From Squalus acanthias (Eukaryota): a DNA stretch of 64,000 nt. Positions 61,901 through 64,000 of the stretch are shown here, piece by piece. The position numbers and the translations under genes were made by a program. The stretch spans positions 4,340,001 to 4,404,000 of the forward strand of contig JASTWF010000034.1 of assembly GCA_030390025.1 (NCBI GenBank), given 5' to 3'. The notes under the pieces were generated by a model that was not told the DNA's origin, did no database searches, and was given only the letters and a program-made list of their open reading frames with translations. The stretch's first letter is position 1. Every line of letters begins with the position of its first letter.

Positions 61901-63782
61901 ACCGGGGAATAAAGTTACACTTAATTTTTAATTTGACATGATGCCCTCTACGCCGGGGTATAAAGTTTCAGTTAATTGTTAATTTCGACAGGATGCCCTC
62001 TAGATTGGTGAATAAAATTACAGTTAATTTTTAATTTAGACATGAAACCTTCTAAACTGGGGAATAAAGATATTGTTGACTGTTAATTTGACATGATACC
62101 CTCTAAACCGGGGTATTAAGTTACAGTTAATTGTTTATTTTGACCTGATACCATCTACATCGTGTAAAAAAGTTACAATCACTTTTTAAGTTGACATGAT
62201 ACTCCCTACATCGGGTAATAAAGTTACAGTAAATTGTTAACTGAGACATAATGAACTCTACATCGGGGAATAATCTTGCAGTTAATTTTTAATTTGACAT
62301 GATTCACTCTACACCAGGGAATAAAGTTACAGTGAATTGTTAATTTAGACATGATTCCCACGACACCGGGAAATGAAGTTACATGTAATTGTTAATTTAA
62401 CATGATATCCTCTACACTGGGGAGTAAAGTTACAGATTATTGTTAATTTGACATGATACCCTCTACACTGGGGAGTAAAGTTACAGTTAATTGTTAATTT
62501 AGACATGAGTCCCTCTACACTCGGGAATAAAGTTGCAGTTAACTGTTAATTTTGAAATGATGCCCTCTACACCTGGGAATAAAGTTGCAGTTAAATGTGA
62601 ACTGAAACATCATACCCTTCACACCGGGGAATATTTTTACAGTTAATTGCAAATTTTGACAGGATGCCCTCTTCACCGAGGAATAAAGTTACAGTTAATT
62701 GTTAATTTGGAGATGATACCCTCTACGCCGGGGATTAAAGTTACAGTTAATTGTTTATTTGACATGATTCCCTCGACACCGGGGAATAAAGTTACAGATA
62801 ATTGTTAACTTAGACATGATGCCCTCTGCACAGGGAATAAATTTACATTAAATTGTTAATTGAGACATGATAACCTCTACACTGGGAAATAAAGTCACAT
62901 TTGATAGTTAATTTTGCATGATATCCTCAACACCAGGGAATAAAGTTACAGTTAATTGTTAATTTGGACATGATACCTTCTACACAGGGGAATAAAGTTA
63001 CAGTTAATTGTAAATTTCGACACGATACCCTCTATATCGGGAATAAAGTTACTGTCAATTGTTAATTTAGACATGATTCCCTGCACACCATCGAATAAAG
63101 TTACAGTCAATTGCTAATTTTGAGATGATATCCTCTACACTTTGGAATAATGTTACAGTTAATTGTTAATTTTGACATGATGCCCACTACACCGGAGAAT
63201 ACACTTAAATTTAATTTTTAATTTGTCATGAAAACCTCTACACTGGGAATAATGTTACAGTTGATAGTTAATTTTAGATGATATCCACTACACTGGGGAA
63301 TAAAGTTACAGTTAATTGTTAATTTTGACATGAAGCCCACTACACCAGCAACTAAAGTTGCAGTTACTTGTTAATTTGACATGATACACTCTACACCGGG
63401 GAACACAGTTAGAGTTAATTGTTAATTTGTCATGATGCCCAGCAAACTGGGCAATATATTTAAAGTTATATTTTAATTTGTCATGAAAACCTCCACACTG
63501 GGGAATAAAGTTACAGTTGATTGTTAATTTTAAATGATACCTTCTCCACTGTGGTACAAAGTTACAGTTGATTGTTAATTTTACATGATACCCTCAACAC
63601 AGAGGAATAAGGTTACAGTTAAAAGTTTATTTGACATGATACCCTCTACACCGAGGAATAAAGTTACAGTAAATTGTTAATTTAGAAATGAATCCCTCGA
63701 AACCGGGGAATAAAGTTACACTTAATTTTTAATTTGAAATGATACACTCTACACCTGGGAATGAAGTTACAAATAATTGTTT

Positions 63783-64000
63783 ATAGTTATATAAAAAGAA
63801 AAAGGGTGGCTAAAGTAAATGTTGGTCCCTTAGAGGATGAGACCGGGAAATTAATTGTGCGAAATATGGAGATGGCAAAAACACTGAATGAATATTTTGT
63901 ATCAGTCTTTACAGTAGAGGACACTAAGAATATCCCAACACTGGACAAACAGGGGGCTATAGGGGGAGAGGAGCTAAACACGATCAAAATCACTAAGGAA
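63783..64000 (+). mobile_element. CR1 ORF2 linker fragment ending the satellite in this window
   Basis: Translates as YIKRKRVAKVNVGPLEDETGKLIVRNMEMAKTLNEYFVSVFT. Confidence 0.85.

Larger units (their letters stand above)
28718..63782 (+). repeat. AT-rich 51/52-bp satellite array (about 35 kb) with higher-order block duplications
   Basis: Consensus acaccggggaataaagttacagttaattgttaattt(a)gacatgataccctct; single orientation throughout. Confidence 0.98.

Noticed and set aside
28718..63782. Many ORFs with 17-aa repeats (KLTINCNFIPRCRGYHV)
   Set aside because: Translation of the 51-bp satellite; 52-bp monomers and stops break the frame constantly.

Overview
Repeat-dominated vertebrate genomic window, most likely from a shark or other elasmobranch (inferred from an HE1-like V-SINE, the CR1 LINE families and the ZNF exon style). 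I see no intact host protein-coding gene. The first 28.2 kb is a mosaic of many CR1 LINE fragments (including a three-copy head-to-tail stack and an ORF1 esterase remnant), a second LINE family, an L2 fragment, arrays of a 67-bp satellite (with a 75-bp variant and a fold-back inversion), a probable LTR remnant and a decayed three-exon PIF/Harbinger Myb-like gene. It also holds a CpG-island promoter followed by a C2H2 zinc-finger pseudogene, which is interrupted by a young, TSD-flanked palindromic Penelope-type insert (141-bp arms) carrying minimal hammerhead ribozyme motifs on both strands. Scattered + strand exon-like segments translate to decayed laminin-EGF-like and C-type-lectin-like peptides. 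After a 512-N gap lies about 35 kb of an AT-rich 51/52-bp satellite with higher-order duplications, whose history can be ordered from one SINE and one CR1 insertion. Most ORFs in the supplied track are satellite or antisense artefacts. All calls are by eye; no searches were run.
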